Below, piece after piece: positions 29,264 through 39,974 of a stretch of DNA of 64,000 bases. Below the pieces are notes generated by a model that had not been told where the DNA came from, made no database searches, and saw only the letters and a program-made list of their open reading frames with translations. The DNA is from Chlorobiota bacterium. GTDB lineage: Bacteria; Bacteroidota; Ignavibacteria; OLB7. The position numbers and the translations under genes were made by a program. Where the stretch lies: contig JAQBOZ010000007.1 in the NCBI GenBank assembly GCA_028287785.1, forward strand, positions 271,393 to 335,392, written 5' to 3'. Every line of letters starts with the position of its first letter. Position 1 is the first letter of the stretch.

Positions 29264-29902
29264 TCAGGAAACGCGCCACATGTACCATGATACGATCGAC
29301 CGGTACGGCGCCCAGCGATGTTCCTCCGCGAGCGCCTGCGCCTGGCCGGGCGTTGGCATCTCCGGCAGGCCGTACGCAATCCGCAGGCCCCGCTTTACCC
29401 CCAGATCGCCGACCGGGAAGACATCCAGCCGACCGAGTGAGAAGATCAGGAACATCTGCGCCGTCCAGATGCCGATTCCCTTGACCGCCGTCAGCTCCGC
29501 GGCCACCTCGTCATCGCTCAGACTGGGGAGATTCGGCAGATCCAGCCGTCCATCCGTCACATGCTCCGCCAGCGAACGGAGATAGCCAAGCTTCTGGGGG
29601 GATATCCCCGCCCCGCGAAACAGCTCGTCCGGCGCCTGGAGCATGGTGCGCGGCTCGAAGATCCCTCCAAACGCATCAAGCAGCCGCCGCCTGATGCTTT
29701 CGGCCGCGCGGGAGCTTATCTGCTGGCTGATGATGGAATCGACCAGCGTACTGTAATAATCCATGTGTGGCCGGAAGGACGGCAGCCCATGCTCCTTCAC
29801 CAGCGGGCGAAGCACGGGATCGCGCCGGGCAAGCGTGCGCGCCCCCCTGGCAAGCTCCTCAAGGAAGCTCTCGATCGACGCGGCGGGGATTCCATCTGTC
29901 AC
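29264..29902 (-). CDS. alkA: DNA-3-methyladenine glycosylase II (AlkA/HhH-GPD)
   Basis: IISQQIS, KGIGIWTAQM, DVFPVGDLG, WAPYRS. Confidence 0.9.
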   Translation of the reverse strand: MTDGIPAASIESFLEELARGARTLARRDPVLRPLVKEHGLPSFRPHMDYYSTLVDSIISQQISSRAAESIRRRLLDAFGGIFEPRTMLQAPDELFRGAGISPQKLGYLRSLAEHVTDGRLDLPNLPSLSDDEVAAELTAVKGIGIWTAQMFLIFSLGRLDVFPVGDLGVKRGLRIAYGLPEMPTPGQAQALAEEHRWAPYRSIVSWYMWRVS

Positions 29903-29987
29903 GTTTCACCTCCGTTGGTTCTCAATGATGTACCCGGAATGCCCGGAGACATCCGTTGAACTCATCCTGGAATAGAACCGCAAACAT

Positions 29988-30941
29988 ATGAAGGTTGCCT
30001 GTATCGTATCGATACTCATGCTGATGCACACGGTATGCCATTCACAGAACTTCCCCGACCGGATGATCAGTTACGATCCCCTGGCCGATCACCGGCCGGA
30101 TACGGCGGACTTCACCTGGCTGAGCGGGGCAAGGCTCCACGCCGAGTTTTCCCGCTATTCGAACGGCAGCGGCTCATCGCACCGCTGGAACGCGAAGACC
30201 GGGGGAATGGTGGAGATTGCCCGCTGGGATTCCACCTGGAGCATCGCGGTGGCCGGGACCACGGAGATCATCATCGATCCCCATAACGATATCTCCTTCA
30301 ACCCGCGCGCGATCCAGTGGGAGGAGGGAATCCTGGTCTCCTGCCGCCTCTCCCACGACGCATCTCTTCAGTTCGGCGGAATGCAGCGGTGCAAGCATGA
30401 TATCGACAATCTTGAGCCGGCGCAGGAGAGCGGCAGCGTGGAGGAGCGGACGCTGATCTTCAGCAGCGCCACCGTCCGCGCGCTCTTCCATCCCCGTCCC
30501 CTCATCCCCGGCAGCAACCTCCTCTACGGCGCCCTCGCCATCCGCGACGAGATCTACGTCCATATCCTCGACAACAGAATCGCCGGAACCGCCGATGCCG
30601 GTGGCCGAAGCCTTGAAACGATGTTCAATACGACCGTGGTGACGGGGCGGCTCGATCTTCGCCCCCCCGATGCCCGCTACGGGGTTCACCTGGGGGCCAG
30701 CTTCATGGTAAGCCTCTTCGGCGATGCTCCGGGCACGGGACACAACCTCTCCAACCCGATCGCCCTTGGCTCGATCCCATTTCTGGAGCTGGGGCTCGAT
30801 CTCTTCAACCCGGCCGGCGGAAACCTCACCATCTTCGCCAGGGGCGAATGGCAGCGCGACGCCGCGATCCTCCCGAAACCGGCGGCGGCATCGCTCGCGA
30901 TGTTCGGGATACGCTTCAGCGATTTCGGGACGATGTGGTGA
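29988..30941 (+). CDS. Putative outer-membrane beta-barrel protein
   Basis: Signal peptide CHS|Q; amphipathic strands; aromatic C-terminus. Confidence 0.65.
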   Translation: MKVACIVSILMLMHTVCHSQNFPDRMISYDPLADHRPDTADFTWLSGARLHAEFSRYSNGSGSSHRWNAKTGGMVEIARWDSTWSIAVAGTTEIIIDPHNDISFNPRAIQWEEGILVSCRLSHDASLQFGGMQRCKHDIDNLEPAQESGSVEERTLIFSSATVRALFHPRPLIPGSNLLYGALAIRDEIYVHILDNRIAGTADAGGRSLETMFNTTVVTGRLDLRPPDARYGVHLGASFMVSLFGDAPGTGHNLSNPIALGSIPFLELGLDLFNPAGGNLTIFARGEWQRDAAILPKPAAASLAMFGIRFSDFGTMW

Positions 30942-30958
30942 TCGTCACCATGTGACCG

Positions 30959-32380
30959 TCACCGCGCCAGCACCACGAACTCCGTCCTCCGGTTCTTCTG
31001 GCGACCCTCATCCGTCTCGTTGGTGGCGACCGGAAGGGAGAAGCCGAACCCTCTGGAGCGGACGCGGTCCTGGGGAATGCCCAGCGCGACCAGCGCGTCC
31101 CGGACGGCGGCGGCGCGGGCCTCGGAGAGCTTCTGGTTGTACTCCTCGGTCCCCTTTGAATCGGTATGCCCCCGCACCTCGATCTTCAGCCTGGGATGAT
31201 CCTTCATCGCCGACGCCAGCGCCGCAATCGACTCCTGCGATTCCGGGCGGAGGGTGGACATGTTGTAGTCGAAGTAGATCTTATCCAGCTTCACCGGGAC
31301 ATCGGAGGCGATATCGCCGGTGAGCGTGTTATAGGTGGCCGATGCCGCCACCTGCCTGGAGGAGTTCGGCGGGGTAAGCGTGAGCCGGGCGATATGCCTG
31401 CCGGCGACGTTCGGCGGCCTGTAGGTGACCAGATAATAGTTCCTGAGGCTCCGATAGATATCCTCGAAGGCGCTCTTCAGCTCGTCGTTCGTATACGTCT
31501 GATAGAACCGGCCGCCGGTGTAGGTGGAGATATCGGAGAGGACATCGCGGTTCACCGCGCCGAAGGCGATCGTGAAGATCGGGATGTTGTTGTCGCGGCA
31601 GAACTTGTACAGCTCGGAGGCGGGAATGGTGCTGGCGTTGTCCTCGCCATCGGTCAGCAGAACCACGGCGCGGGGATGATCGGCCGGGGATGATGCAACC
31701 TGATCGGCCCCGAGCTTGGCCGCCTGATAGATGGCGCTGTAGCTGCCGTATCCCTTCAGCCCCGTGCCGTTGAAGAGGGCCAGAAGATCGCTCTGCGAGC
31801 TGGTTGCCCCCAGCACGAGCTTCGGCGCGCGGTCGAACTTCACCACGGAGATCCGGTCCTGCGCCCGCTTCAGCCTGATAAACGCCGATGCCGCGTTCTC
31901 CACGCCGTTGATGTTGTTTCCCATCGTCCCGGAATAATCGAGCGCCAGGGAAAGCTCGTACGGTATCGCATCCTGATCGCTGAACTCCCGCACCGTGAAC
32001 TGATCGATCTTCCCGACCTTTCCATCATCGCCGATCTGCTCGGTCAGCCCGCTCCAGATCTTCCGGTAATCATCGTTCCCCTTGTAATACGGCGGGGCCA
32101 GATTGGTGACGATCTGCCCGCTGCTGTCGTAAACCCGCACATACAGGCTCACCGAATCGGGATAGGTCTCCGATCTGACCTTCCAGACATCGACGATCAT
32201 CTTTCCGGGATCGATCTGCTCGTACGATCTGGTGCCGACCATGTAGATCGGCTGCCTGTAGCCGGACGGCGCCGTCGGCTCGATCAGCGGAAGGATTGAT
32301 TTATCGAACGATCTGCAGCCGGCCCACAGAAGCGCGCCAAGGAGAAGAAACCGGATATCGGAGAGAGAACGTTGATTCAT
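30959..32380 (-). CDS. Lipoprotein with vWA and OmpA C-terminal domains
   Basis: Lipobox WAGC; LDYSGTM, LLTDGED (MIDAS); IYFDYN, RGHTDSKG..YNQKLSEARA, NRRTEF. Confidence 0.9.
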   Translation of the reverse strand: MNQRSLSDIRFLLLGALLWAGCRSFDKSILPLIEPTAPSGYRQPIYMVGTRSYEQIDPGKMIVDVWKVRSETYPDSVSLYVRVYDSSGQIVTNLAPPYYKGNDDYRKIWSGLTEQIGDDGKVGKIDQFTVREFSDQDAIPYELSLALDYSGTMGNNINGVENAASAFIRLKRAQDRISVVKFDRAPKLVLGATSSQSDLLALFNGTGLKGYGSYSAIYQAAKLGADQVASSPADHPRAVVLLTDGEDNASTIPASELYKFCRDNNIPIFTIAFGAVNRDVLSDISTYTGGRFYQTYTNDELKSAFEDIYRSLRNYYLVTYRPPNVAGRHIARLTLTPPNSSRQVAASATYNTLTGDIASDVPVKLDKIYFDYNMSTLRPESQESIAALASAMKDHPRLKIEVRGHTDSKGTEEYNQKLSEARAAAVRDALVALGIPQDRVRSRGFGFSLPVATNETDEGRQKNRRTEFVVLAR

Positions 32381-32512
32381 ACGGCCGAAAATACGACAAG
32401 AACGTTACGAACAGCGGAACATCCGCCGGCTGTTCAGGACGACGCTGCCATCCGGCAAATGTATCCTGACGGCCCATCAACATCGCGATGACGCGGGAAC
32501 TGTTGCAAGTTA

Positions 32513-32812
32513 CTTCCTGACTCAGCCTGAATCAGGCTCTGGTCTGCGCCGCGATCATCCGGCAATATCTCTTCATCGTTCTTCAAGCTCCGTGGGAGCG
32601 CGCCGGTTGTAGCAACCGATGCTCCCGTTCCCCCTCAAGCTCCATCGGAGCGGACCATCCCCGCATCCATGCCGAATGGTCCGCTCCGATGGAGCCTGAC
32701 ATCATGAAAGACGTGACGTTGCTACAACCAGCCCGCCCCGATGGGGCTGTCAAGACGGAGGCCTTACATAATGCCGTGTTTCGTGCCTCTCATCTCAAAT
32801 TGAGCCACTACC
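32513..32812 (+). mobile_element. MITE family A, older degenerate copy
   Basis: TGACTCAG left remnant, CAAATTGAGCCACTACC right TIR, same internal CAAGCTCCATCGGAGCG hairpins. Confidence 0.75.
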
Positions 32813-32853
32813 CCAGGGATGGAATAACGGCATGATCGCCGGCGGTGGCAGAT

Positions 32854-34038
32854 CTATGTGAGCGATAGAAGCTGGCGGATATACGGCGCCTGATCGCTCC
32901 CGCCGTTGGCCGCGAGCCACTCCTCGAACAGCGCGCGGCTCTCACCGGCCAGGATATCGCCGATGATCCTCGGCATCTGATTTTCGGGACTCTGCGGCGG
33001 GCGGACACGTCCGGTGCCGCTGTCGGCGGGGGCGCGCAATCCGTAGACGATGACATCCACCGCCCCCTGCATCGCGGCTCCGGTGCACATCACGCACGGC
33101 TCCAGCGTGGAGACCAGCAGCAGATCGCGCGCGTCGATCGGGACCTTTCCGGCCGCATTCTCGAACGTCACCATCTCCGCATGCGCCACCTTGCTGCCGG
33201 TGGCCCGCATCCTGTTGTACCCGCGAGCGATGATCCTCCCATCCCCGCGCGCCAGCACCGCGCCGATCGGCGCCTCGCCCGCTTCCATCCCGGCTCCGGC
33301 GGTCACGAGCGCCTCCCGCATCAGGCGCTCCATGAAATCGTTGGTGATATGTGCCGGGCCGGGGGATGCGATCGCGAGCGCCTCGTCGAGATGATCGAGC
33401 AGCTCGCCGATATCCTTGTAGACCGTTCGCGCTCCCGCGCCAAGAAGCGCCTCCTTCCCATTGTACCCGCTCAGCAGCCCGAACAGGGCCACCCCCGCCT
33501 GCCTGCACGCCGTGGCATCGTAGATGGTATCCCCCAGCATCGCGCACCCCGCCGGTGAAAGGTTCAGCTTTCCGCACGCCGCAACCACCAGATCCGGGGC
33601 GGGCTTGCTGGATGCCGCGTCATCGGCGGTGACGACCACATCCACCATATCCGTGAGAGCCAGGCCGGAACTCCGCTCGATCGCCTCCAGATTCTTCTTC
33701 GATCCCGATGTGGCAAGGGCGCTCTTCAACCCTCTTCGGCGGACCTCCTCGATCATCTCCGCCGCCCCCGGATAGGGCTTGAAATGGATCTCGCCGGCCA
33801 GCCGGACAAACTCCTCCCCCTGCGCCTTCCGGAGCGCGTCGCCATCCTTCCGGTCCGCCTCGCGTCCCAGGATCGACGGCACAAGGTGATCGCCCCCTTT
33901 CCCTATCTCCACCTCGATTCTATCGGGCAGCACCTTGTAGCCATGCCTCTCGAACGCCTTCCGCCACGCCTCGACATGACAGCCGTTCGTGTCGATCAAC
34001 GTGCCGTCGATATCGAAAATGATGCCGTCGAGTGCCAT
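32854..34038 (-). CDS. HAD-family phosphatase fused to a Zn-dependent nucleoside deaminase domain
   Basis: FDIDGTLID, ATSG, KPAPD, GDTIYD; then EAPIGAVL, HAE, TLEPCVMC. Confidence 0.9.
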   Translation of the reverse strand: MALDGIIFDIDGTLIDTNGCHVEAWRKAFERHGYKVLPDRIEVEIGKGGDHLVPSILGREADRKDGDALRKAQGEEFVRLAGEIHFKPYPGAAEMIEEVRRRGLKSALATSGSKKNLEAIERSSGLALTDMVDVVVTADDAASSKPAPDLVVAACGKLNLSPAGCAMLGDTIYDATACRQAGVALFGLLSGYNGKEALLGAGARTVYKDIGELLDHLDEALAIASPGPAHITNDFMERLMREALVTAGAGMEAGEAPIGAVLARGDGRIIARGYNRMRATGSKVAHAEMVTFENAAGKVPIDARDLLLVSTLEPCVMCTGAAMQGAVDVIVYGLRAPADSGTGRVRPPQSPENQMPRIIGDILAGESRALFEEWLAANGGSDQAPYIRQLLSLT

Positions 34039-34077
34039 CGGTGTTCCGGATTTACTGGTTGCGTATCGGTCGGGAGA

Positions 34078-34350
34078 TCATGTCTCGTCGCCATCATCCT
34101 CGCCATATAACTGCCCGCCCCCCTCGTCGCCGTAGGTGGGGCTCTCCACATCACCATCGGTCGCCCGGCCGATCCCGGCATGGTCGCGCCCCATGATCTC
34201 CTCGCGTTCCGGAACGATATCGCTCCCCTTGATCATCCCCTGCTGTGCCTCCACGGGAGGCTCGTGCCGGCGCGATTCCCGGCCGGCCGCATCGGCGTGG
34301 GTATCGCCGCTCTCCGGGCCTGTTGCCCTGTCATGTTCCTGCTCTTCCAC
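34078..34350 (-). CDS. Small acidic hydrophilic protein (90 aa)
   Basis: GAGG RBS before GTG at 34350; co-oriented between the oxidoreductase and HAD-deaminase genes. Confidence 0.55.
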   Translation of the reverse strand: MEEQEHDRATGPESGDTHADAAGRESRRHEPPVEAQQGMIKGSDIVPEREEIMGRDHAGIGRATDGDVESPTYGDEGGGQLYGEDDGDET

Positions 34351-34427
34351 GATGCACCTCGCTGATTGGTTCGTACCACCATTTGTCGATAGAATCGAGC
34401 AAGTACCATGCCCCGCGCCGTGGGCGA

Positions 34428-35966
34428 TTACTTCTTCTCCAGCTCGACCGGCTCCAGATCCACGTTTGCCGGGCCGTTGATCACCCGCCCATGCGGATCG
34501 AACCGCGATCCGTGGCACGGGCAGTCCCACGATTTCTCAAGATCGTTCCAGTCCACCACACAGCCGAGATGCGTGCATACGGCGGAGCATCCATGCGCCT
34601 TCCCCTGTTCATCGCGATAGACCGCGACCCTGGTGGCGCCGTCCCAGACCACGGCGCCGGAGCCCCCCTTGATCTCCGCGTAGTCATCGACCTGGCTCCC
34701 CTTCAGCCAGTCGGCATACTGCATCATGGTGTTTGCCCCCTCGCGAAGAAAATCGCCAGCCGCGCCCAGGGTTATCCGTCCCGGATCGTAAAGGGTCGCC
34801 CACGGATGTTCCCGCCCCATGATCAGATCGGTGATGATCATCCCGCCGATGGTTCCATGCGTCATCCCGTTGCCGGAATCGCCGGTGATGATGTAGATAT
34901 TATCGTCATCGACCGGGTTGCGACCGATGAACGCCAGCCCATCCACCGGCTCCATCACCTGACCGGACCAGCGGAACTCCACCTCGCCCGCGGTCGGAAA
35001 GCGCTGGCGCGACCATTTCTCCAGGCGGTCAAACCGCGCGGCGGGATCATCCTCCTGCCCGGTCTTATGGTCCTCACCGCCAACGATCAGGATATCGTAC
35101 GGGCCGTTGTCCGAGGTCTGAATGCGGATATAGTGATAGGGATCTCCGGTATCCCAGAACAGATCGCGCGGCACCGTTCCCGGCGCCACCTGGAGGCCGA
35201 TCACATAGGTGCGATAGGCCGCCTGCTTGGTGTGAATCACCAGCAGATCGTTGAACGGGGAGTTGGTGGCAACCACCACCGATCCCGCGTCGATCATGAA
35301 ATGATCCACCGTCTCGACGCCGGTCCGCTTCCCCCCCGATACCCGATCGGCGCGGGTGCCGGTGTAGATGCGCCCGCCGGCCCGCTCGATGGCGGCGGCA
35401 AGCCCGCCCAGATATTTCAGCGGATGGAACTGCGCCTGATGCGGGAAGCAGAGGGCGGGGCCGGTGTTGAACGATGCGATCGGCGCGCGATCCACGAGCC
35501 TGATATCCTCCAGGCCCACGGCGTGCGCGGCCTCCAGCTCGCGCCGGAGCTCATCCTCCGGCCTTCCCTCCGATGCGAAGAGATAGCCGTTCAACCGCTC
35601 GAACCGGCAATCGATCTTCTCGTCGCGGACAATCCGCTCCATCTCCGCGATGGCCGCGGTATGGCTCTCGGCGGCGATCCGCGCCCCATCCTCCCCATGC
35701 AGGCGGATCAGCTCGTAATAGCGATCATCGAGCGCGTTGGTGAGATGCGCCGTGGTCCTGCCGGTCTCCCCGCCGCCGATCGGCCCGTCATCGATCACCA
35801 CCACCGACCTGCCGGCGCGCGCCAGCAGATACGCCGTCGTCAGCCCGGCAATGCCGGCGCCCACCACGCAGACATCGGCGCGGGTGTTTTCCGCCAGCGG
35901 CCGCCGCGCGCTGATCTCCGCCGATGCCATCCAGACCGAAATGCTTTCTCCGGAATCGTTGTTCAT
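34428..35966 (-). CDS. FAD-dependent oxidoreductase with C-terminal Rieske [2Fe-2S] domain (YhfW-like)
   Basis: [41 protein letters not shown]; start MNNDSG at 35966. Confidence 0.92.
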   Translation of the reverse strand: MNNDSGESISVWMASAEISARRPLAENTRADVCVVGAGIAGLTTAYLLARAGRSVVVIDDGPIGGGETGRTTAHLTNALDDRYYELIRLHGEDGARIAAESHTAAIAEMERIVRDEKIDCRFERLNGYLFASEGRPEDELRRELEAAHAVGLEDIRLVDRAPIASFNTGPALCFPHQAQFHPLKYLGGLAAAIERAGGRIYTGTRADRVSGGKRTGVETVDHFMIDAGSVVVATNSPFNDLLVIHTKQAAYRTYVIGLQVAPGTVPRDLFWDTGDPYHYIRIQTSDNGPYDILIVGGEDHKTGQEDDPAARFDRLEKWSRQRFPTAGEVEFRWSGQVMEPVDGLAFIGRNPVDDDNIYIITGDSGNGMTHGTIGGMIITDLIMGREHPWATLYDPGRITLGAAGDFLREGANTMMQYADWLKGSQVDDYAEIKGGSGAVVWDGATRVAVYRDEQGKAHGCSAVCTHLGCVVDWNDLEKSWDCPCHGSRFDPHGRVINGPANVDLEPVELEKK

Positions 35967-35990
35967 GGGTTCTCCGAATTGTTTATCGTC

Positions 35991-36043
35991 GCGTGGCGGA
36001 TGGTCGGGGCGGGTTTGAAACCCGCCCCGACCATCCGCCACGC
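35991..36043. repeat. Perfect palindrome with 26-bp arms around a REP-like core
   Basis: GCGTGGCGGATGGTCGGGGCGGGTTT-G-AAACCCGCCCCGACCATCCGCCACGC. Confidence 0.85.
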
Positions 36044-36208
36044 AATCGGACGGCAAACCTCCTGCCAGTCATCTCATCGGGCGGGCGCTCCGTTTGCATG
36101 CTCCCGAATCGCTGAACCGGCGGCCGGCGACGAACGTTCCCACGGCATCACCTCTTGTTAACCGATTGTCACCCCGCCTTGTTCTTCTTCGACGCTGGAA
36201 CTTTTTAC

Positions 36209-36216
36209 TATCTTTG
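36209..36216 (+). promoter_or_regulatory. TAnnTTTG -7 promoter element upstream of sucC
   Basis: TATCTTTG about 180 bp before the ATG. Confidence 0.55.
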
Positions 36217-36398
36217 TCTTCCCGCTGGATCACCGTAGCAGATGATCTCGCCCGGAGCTTCCAACGCAGTGGGGATTCATCCCTCCATCGGGGCACGCTG
36301 CCGGAAGCTTCCACAACGTAGTGAAGGCTGTCCGCGATACCGAGCTTCCCGACACTCACTCGACTCAACAAATCTTTCAGGGATAAATTTTTTCGCAG

Positions 36399-37916
36399 AT
36401 GAACATCCACGAGCATCAGGCTAAAGAACTGCTCGGCAAGTATGGCGTGCCGGTGCAGACAGGGCGTGTGGCATTTACGCCGGAGCAGGCGGTCGAGGCC
36501 GCCCACAACATGATCCAGGAGGGCGCCACGCTCCTGATCGTAAAATCGCAGATCCATGCCGGCGGGCGCGGAAAGGGGGTGATCCACGACGTTCAGACCA
36601 ACCAGCCGGTTCAGTTCGAGGGGAAGGATCTTCGCGGGGTGAAGGTGGTTCCGGTGGACGGCAACACGCTGGACACGGTCTACCAGATCGCGCGGAACAC
36701 CCTTGGCAACAAGCTGGTCACCATCCAGACCGGCGCCGAGGGAAAGATTGTCAACCGCCTTCTGATCGCCAACGGCGTGGATATCGACAAGGAGTTCTAC
36801 TGCTCGATCCTGCTTGACCGCGGCACCAGCATGAACATCATCATGGCCTCCACCGAAGGTGGCGTGGAGATCGAGAAGGTGGCCGAGGAGACCCCGGAGA
36901 AGATCGTCCGCGAGTATGTCGATCCGGGGGCGGGGCTTCAGGGCTTCCAGGCGCGCCGCCTCGCGTTCGGCCTGGGGCTGACCGGCAAGGCCGGGAAGAG
37001 CTTCATCACCTTTATCACGGCGCTCTACAAGGCCTACCTGGCAATCGATGCCGCCATGGTGGAAGTGAACCCGATGGCCCTGACCATCGATGGCGATATC
37101 CTCGCCGTCGACTCCAAGGTGTCGCTGGACGACAACGCACTCTATCGCCACGCCGATATCGCCGCGATGCGGGATGAGAGCGAGGAGGACCCGCTGGAGG
37201 TCGAGGCCGGGAAACACGATCTCAACTACATCAAACTGGACGGCAACGTCGGCTGCATGGTCAACGGCGCCGGCCTTGCGATGGCAACGATGGACATCAT
37301 CAAGCTGGCCGGTGGCGAACCCGCCAACTTCCTGGATGTGGGGGGTGGGGCAAGCGTGGAGCGTGTTGCCGCCGCATTCCGCGTGATGATGAGCGATCCG
37401 AACGTGAAAGTAGTTCTAATCAACATCTTCGGCGGGATCGTTCGCTGCGATCGCGTCGCAAACGGAATCATTCAGGCTATGGAAACCGTAAAGGTAAACA
37501 TCCCGGTGATCGTCCGACTTGACGGCACCAACGCCGAGGAGGCGCGTGATATCCTCCTCAAATCCTCCCTCGATTTCTCCGTGGCAGCCACGCTGAAGGA
37601 CGCCGCCGAGAAGGTCACGGAAGCAATCAACGCCATGGGCGCCGGATCGGTCAAGGAAGAATCGGCAGCCGCGGTCCTCAACGCCGCGATGGCATCCGCC
37701 TCGCTCGCCATTCCCGGCGGCAAGGATGAGGAGGAAGAGGACGACGATGAGGAAGATGCCGATCTGGACGAAAAGGGAGAAGGCGAGGACGATGAGGAGG
37801 AGGAGTTCGAGTTCGAGGAGGTGGAAGATCCCGAGGCGCTCGACCTTCGCGAGTTCGATGAAGAGGAGATCAACGACGATATCGACGACGTTCTTACCGA
37901 CGACGACGATTTCTGA
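36399..37916 (+). CDS. sucC: Succinyl-CoA synthetase beta subunit with acidic C-terminal extension
   Basis: [62 protein letters not shown]. Confidence 0.97.
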   Translation: MNIHEHQAKELLGKYGVPVQTGRVAFTPEQAVEAAHNMIQEGATLLIVKSQIHAGGRGKGVIHDVQTNQPVQFEGKDLRGVKVVPVDGNTLDTVYQIARNTLGNKLVTIQTGAEGKIVNRLLIANGVDIDKEFYCSILLDRGTSMNIIMASTEGGVEIEKVAEETPEKIVREYVDPGAGLQGFQARRLAFGLGLTGKAGKSFITFITALYKAYLAIDAAMVEVNPMALTIDGDILAVDSKVSLDDNALYRHADIAAMRDESEEDPLEVEAGKHDLNYIKLDGNVGCMVNGAGLAMATMDIIKLAGGEPANFLDVGGGASVERVAAAFRVMMSDPNVKVVLINIFGGIVRCDRVANGIIQAMETVKVNIPVIVRLDGTNAEEARDILLKSSLDFSVAATLKDAAEKVTEAINAMGAGSVKEESAAAVLNAAMASASLAIPGGKDEEEEDDDEEDADLDEKGEGEDDEEEEFEFEEVEDPEALDLREFDEEEINDDIDDVLTDDDDF

Positions 37917-37940
37917 TCCGTCATTCATCAGGCAGCATGC

Positions 37941-37983
37941 AAAACAGGGAGCCGCGATCAAATCGGGCTCCCTGTTTCTTTTT
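37941..37983 (+). terminator. Intrinsic (probably bidirectional) terminator
   Basis: AAACAGGGAGCC...GGCTCCCTGTTT followed by a T run. Confidence 0.8.
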
Positions 37984-38006
37984 CATGACGTTCCGGGATG
38001 GCCGGA

Positions 38007-39677
38007 TCACTTCACCAGCATCATCCTGCCGGTTGCCCCCGCGTTCCCATCCACGCCGAGACGGTAGAGATAGGCGCCAGCCGGAAGATCGCTCCCGTCG
38101 AACTCCACCTGCTGCTCGCCGGCATCACGATGCTCATCCAGCACGGTCCGCACCCGGCGTCCCAGCCGGTCGAACAGCCCGATCGTCACATGCCCCGCCC
38201 GCTCCATCCTGAAGCCGATCGTGGTATGCGAGGAGAACGGATTGGGAGCGTTCGCCAGCCGCATCGCCGATGCCGTGGCAGGATCGTACGCCACGCCGTT
38301 CGCCGGATCGAACACCTGCTGCGACGGCAGCGATTCGTTGAGGAGATCGACCGTGAGCATGGAATCATCCCCCGCCAGGACGAAGGTGAGATACGATGTC
38401 GCGAAGTTCCCGCTGCTCCCCCCCGTCAGCAGAGGCGATGGGGATGTCTGCCCCGGATGATAGACATCCAGCTTCATCGTCCCACGGGGAACGGAGATGA
38501 AATTGTTGTGCGCCAGAAACTCCACGGTGGTATCCATGACCGGCGTGGTCGCATCGGCGGGCGCATAGAGCCTTACCCTGGCGTTGGGAAGGAAGCTGGC
38601 GGCGTTCGCCACCCTGACGAAGAGCGATTCCGCGGCGTTTCCCGGCACGGTCGCCGGCGCGGTCAGAAGCATGCCGGTGGGGGCGCCATCCTGGAGCTTC
38701 GTCAGGATCACGGTGAAATCGGAATCGTTGCGGAGCCGGACCACCTGATGATAGATCTCCAGCCCCTCGTTGAACGGCGTGAACTTGACCAGGGCCGTAT
38801 CGGCTCCGAACGGGCCGAACTTCTCGGACGCGGAGCGATAGTGAAGATCGTGCGTCTTCGGCTGCCCGTCGATGTAGAGGTCCAGGCTCTGAAGCTTCTT
38901 CCCGTTCGCCGTCGTCTGCCGCCACGCGTGCATCACGCGAAGCGATGGAAGCAGCCCGCCTCCGGTAACGCCCTTCAATGGCACCAGCGGGCCGGCATCC
39001 GGCTGCTCGCCGCTCAACACGTAGACCTTCAGGTCCGCCGCGTTTGTGCCGGTCACGATCAGCGTCATGATCCCGCCATTGACGAACGGGGCTATCACCT
39101 TGGCGACCGGCGTCTTCTTTCCCGCCTCCGTGAAGATCACCGGAAGCGCGGCCGCCCTCACAGTGATGAAGGGGGAAAACCCGTCGGGGGTCAGCCCGGC
39201 GGTGAAGACCGCGGAGTCGGTGGAGCCGACGTAGACATCGAAGGATGTCTGGATGGTGCTGGCATTGAAGATGCGAAGGAGCGACATTCCGTCGGGCGCG
39301 CGCTGCGTCCGCATCCGCTCCAGCACCGCCATCCGTGGCTGCACGGCGGTGCCGTAGGCGATCGCGGTGTACTCGATGTTGGAGGCTCCGGCGATATCAC
39401 GGTTCAGAATCGCCCCGCCAAGGCCCGCGCCGGTCGGCGAGACCTTCACGTTCAACGTCCCTTCCGGCAGCTTCTTGGCGATTGCCGAGGCCGATTCGAA
39501 CGGGACGGTGGAGGGGGACGGATCGTTGTTGAAGAAGATATCGGCCTTCGGAACCCCACCGATCAGATGGACTCCGCGAAAATCGAAGGTCTGCCCATAT
39601 GCCGCCCCGGCGACCAGCAGCAGCACCAGCAGGAGCGCGGCCCGGCGGCAGAAGAAAGTAACATCACTCACGATCAT
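38007..39677 (-). CDS. Secreted protein with about 4 DUF4397-like repeats and a T9SS-like C-terminal domain
   Basis: Repeats RGVHL..ADIF, RIFNAS..FDVY, RVMHA..LDLY, RVANA; CTD NAPNPF..GLFDRLGRRV..LPAGAYLYRL. Confidence 0.8.
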   Translation of the reverse strand: MIVSDVTFFCRRAALLLVLLLVAGAAYGQTFDFRGVHLIGGVPKADIFFNNDPSPSTVPFESASAIAKKLPEGTLNVKVSPTGAGLGGAILNRDIAGASNIEYTAIAYGTAVQPRMAVLERMRTQRAPDGMSLLRIFNASTIQTSFDVYVGSTDSAVFTAGLTPDGFSPFITVRAAALPVIFTEAGKKTPVAKVIAPFVNGGIMTLIVTGTNAADLKVYVLSGEQPDAGPLVPLKGVTGGGLLPSLRVMHAWRQTTANGKKLQSLDLYIDGQPKTHDLHYRSASEKFGPFGADTALVKFTPFNEGLEIYHQVVRLRNDSDFTVILTKLQDGAPTGMLLTAPATVPGNAAESLFVRVANAASFLPNARVRLYAPADATTPVMDTTVEFLAHNNFISVPRGTMKLDVYHPGQTSPSPLLTGGSSGNFATSYLTFVLAGDDSMLTVDLLNESLPSQQVFDPANGVAYDPATASAMRLANAPNPFSSHTTIGFRMERAGHVTIGLFDRLGRRVRTVLDEHRDAGEQQVEFDGSDLPAGAYLYRLGVDGNAGATGRMMLVK

Positions 39678-39811
39678 ACTCCATATGTAAGGATAACGTT
39701 GATATTGTTGAGCATCGCTGCAATCGGCGCGGGGGAGTTGGAAACCCCGCCACGGGAGTGATTAAGATAACGGCATCGCGGAAAAACTACCACGCACTTC
39801 CGTGCATTCCG

Positions 39812-39819
39812 TAGATTTG
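39812..39819 (+). promoter_or_regulatory. TAnnTTTG -7 element upstream of lysS
   Basis: TAGATTTG. Confidence 0.5.
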
Positions 39820-39974
39820 CCCCCTTGACCGGCCCCTTCTCGCGCCCGGCGGCTCTCCCTGACCGGAGCGTCCCGAAGCCGGAGATGGCGCCATCCCGTC
39901 CGATTCGAAACAACGGGTGTTCCCTATCAAACGTTAGGCCCGTTCCGGGCATTTCCTATATCATTTCTCGTCCC

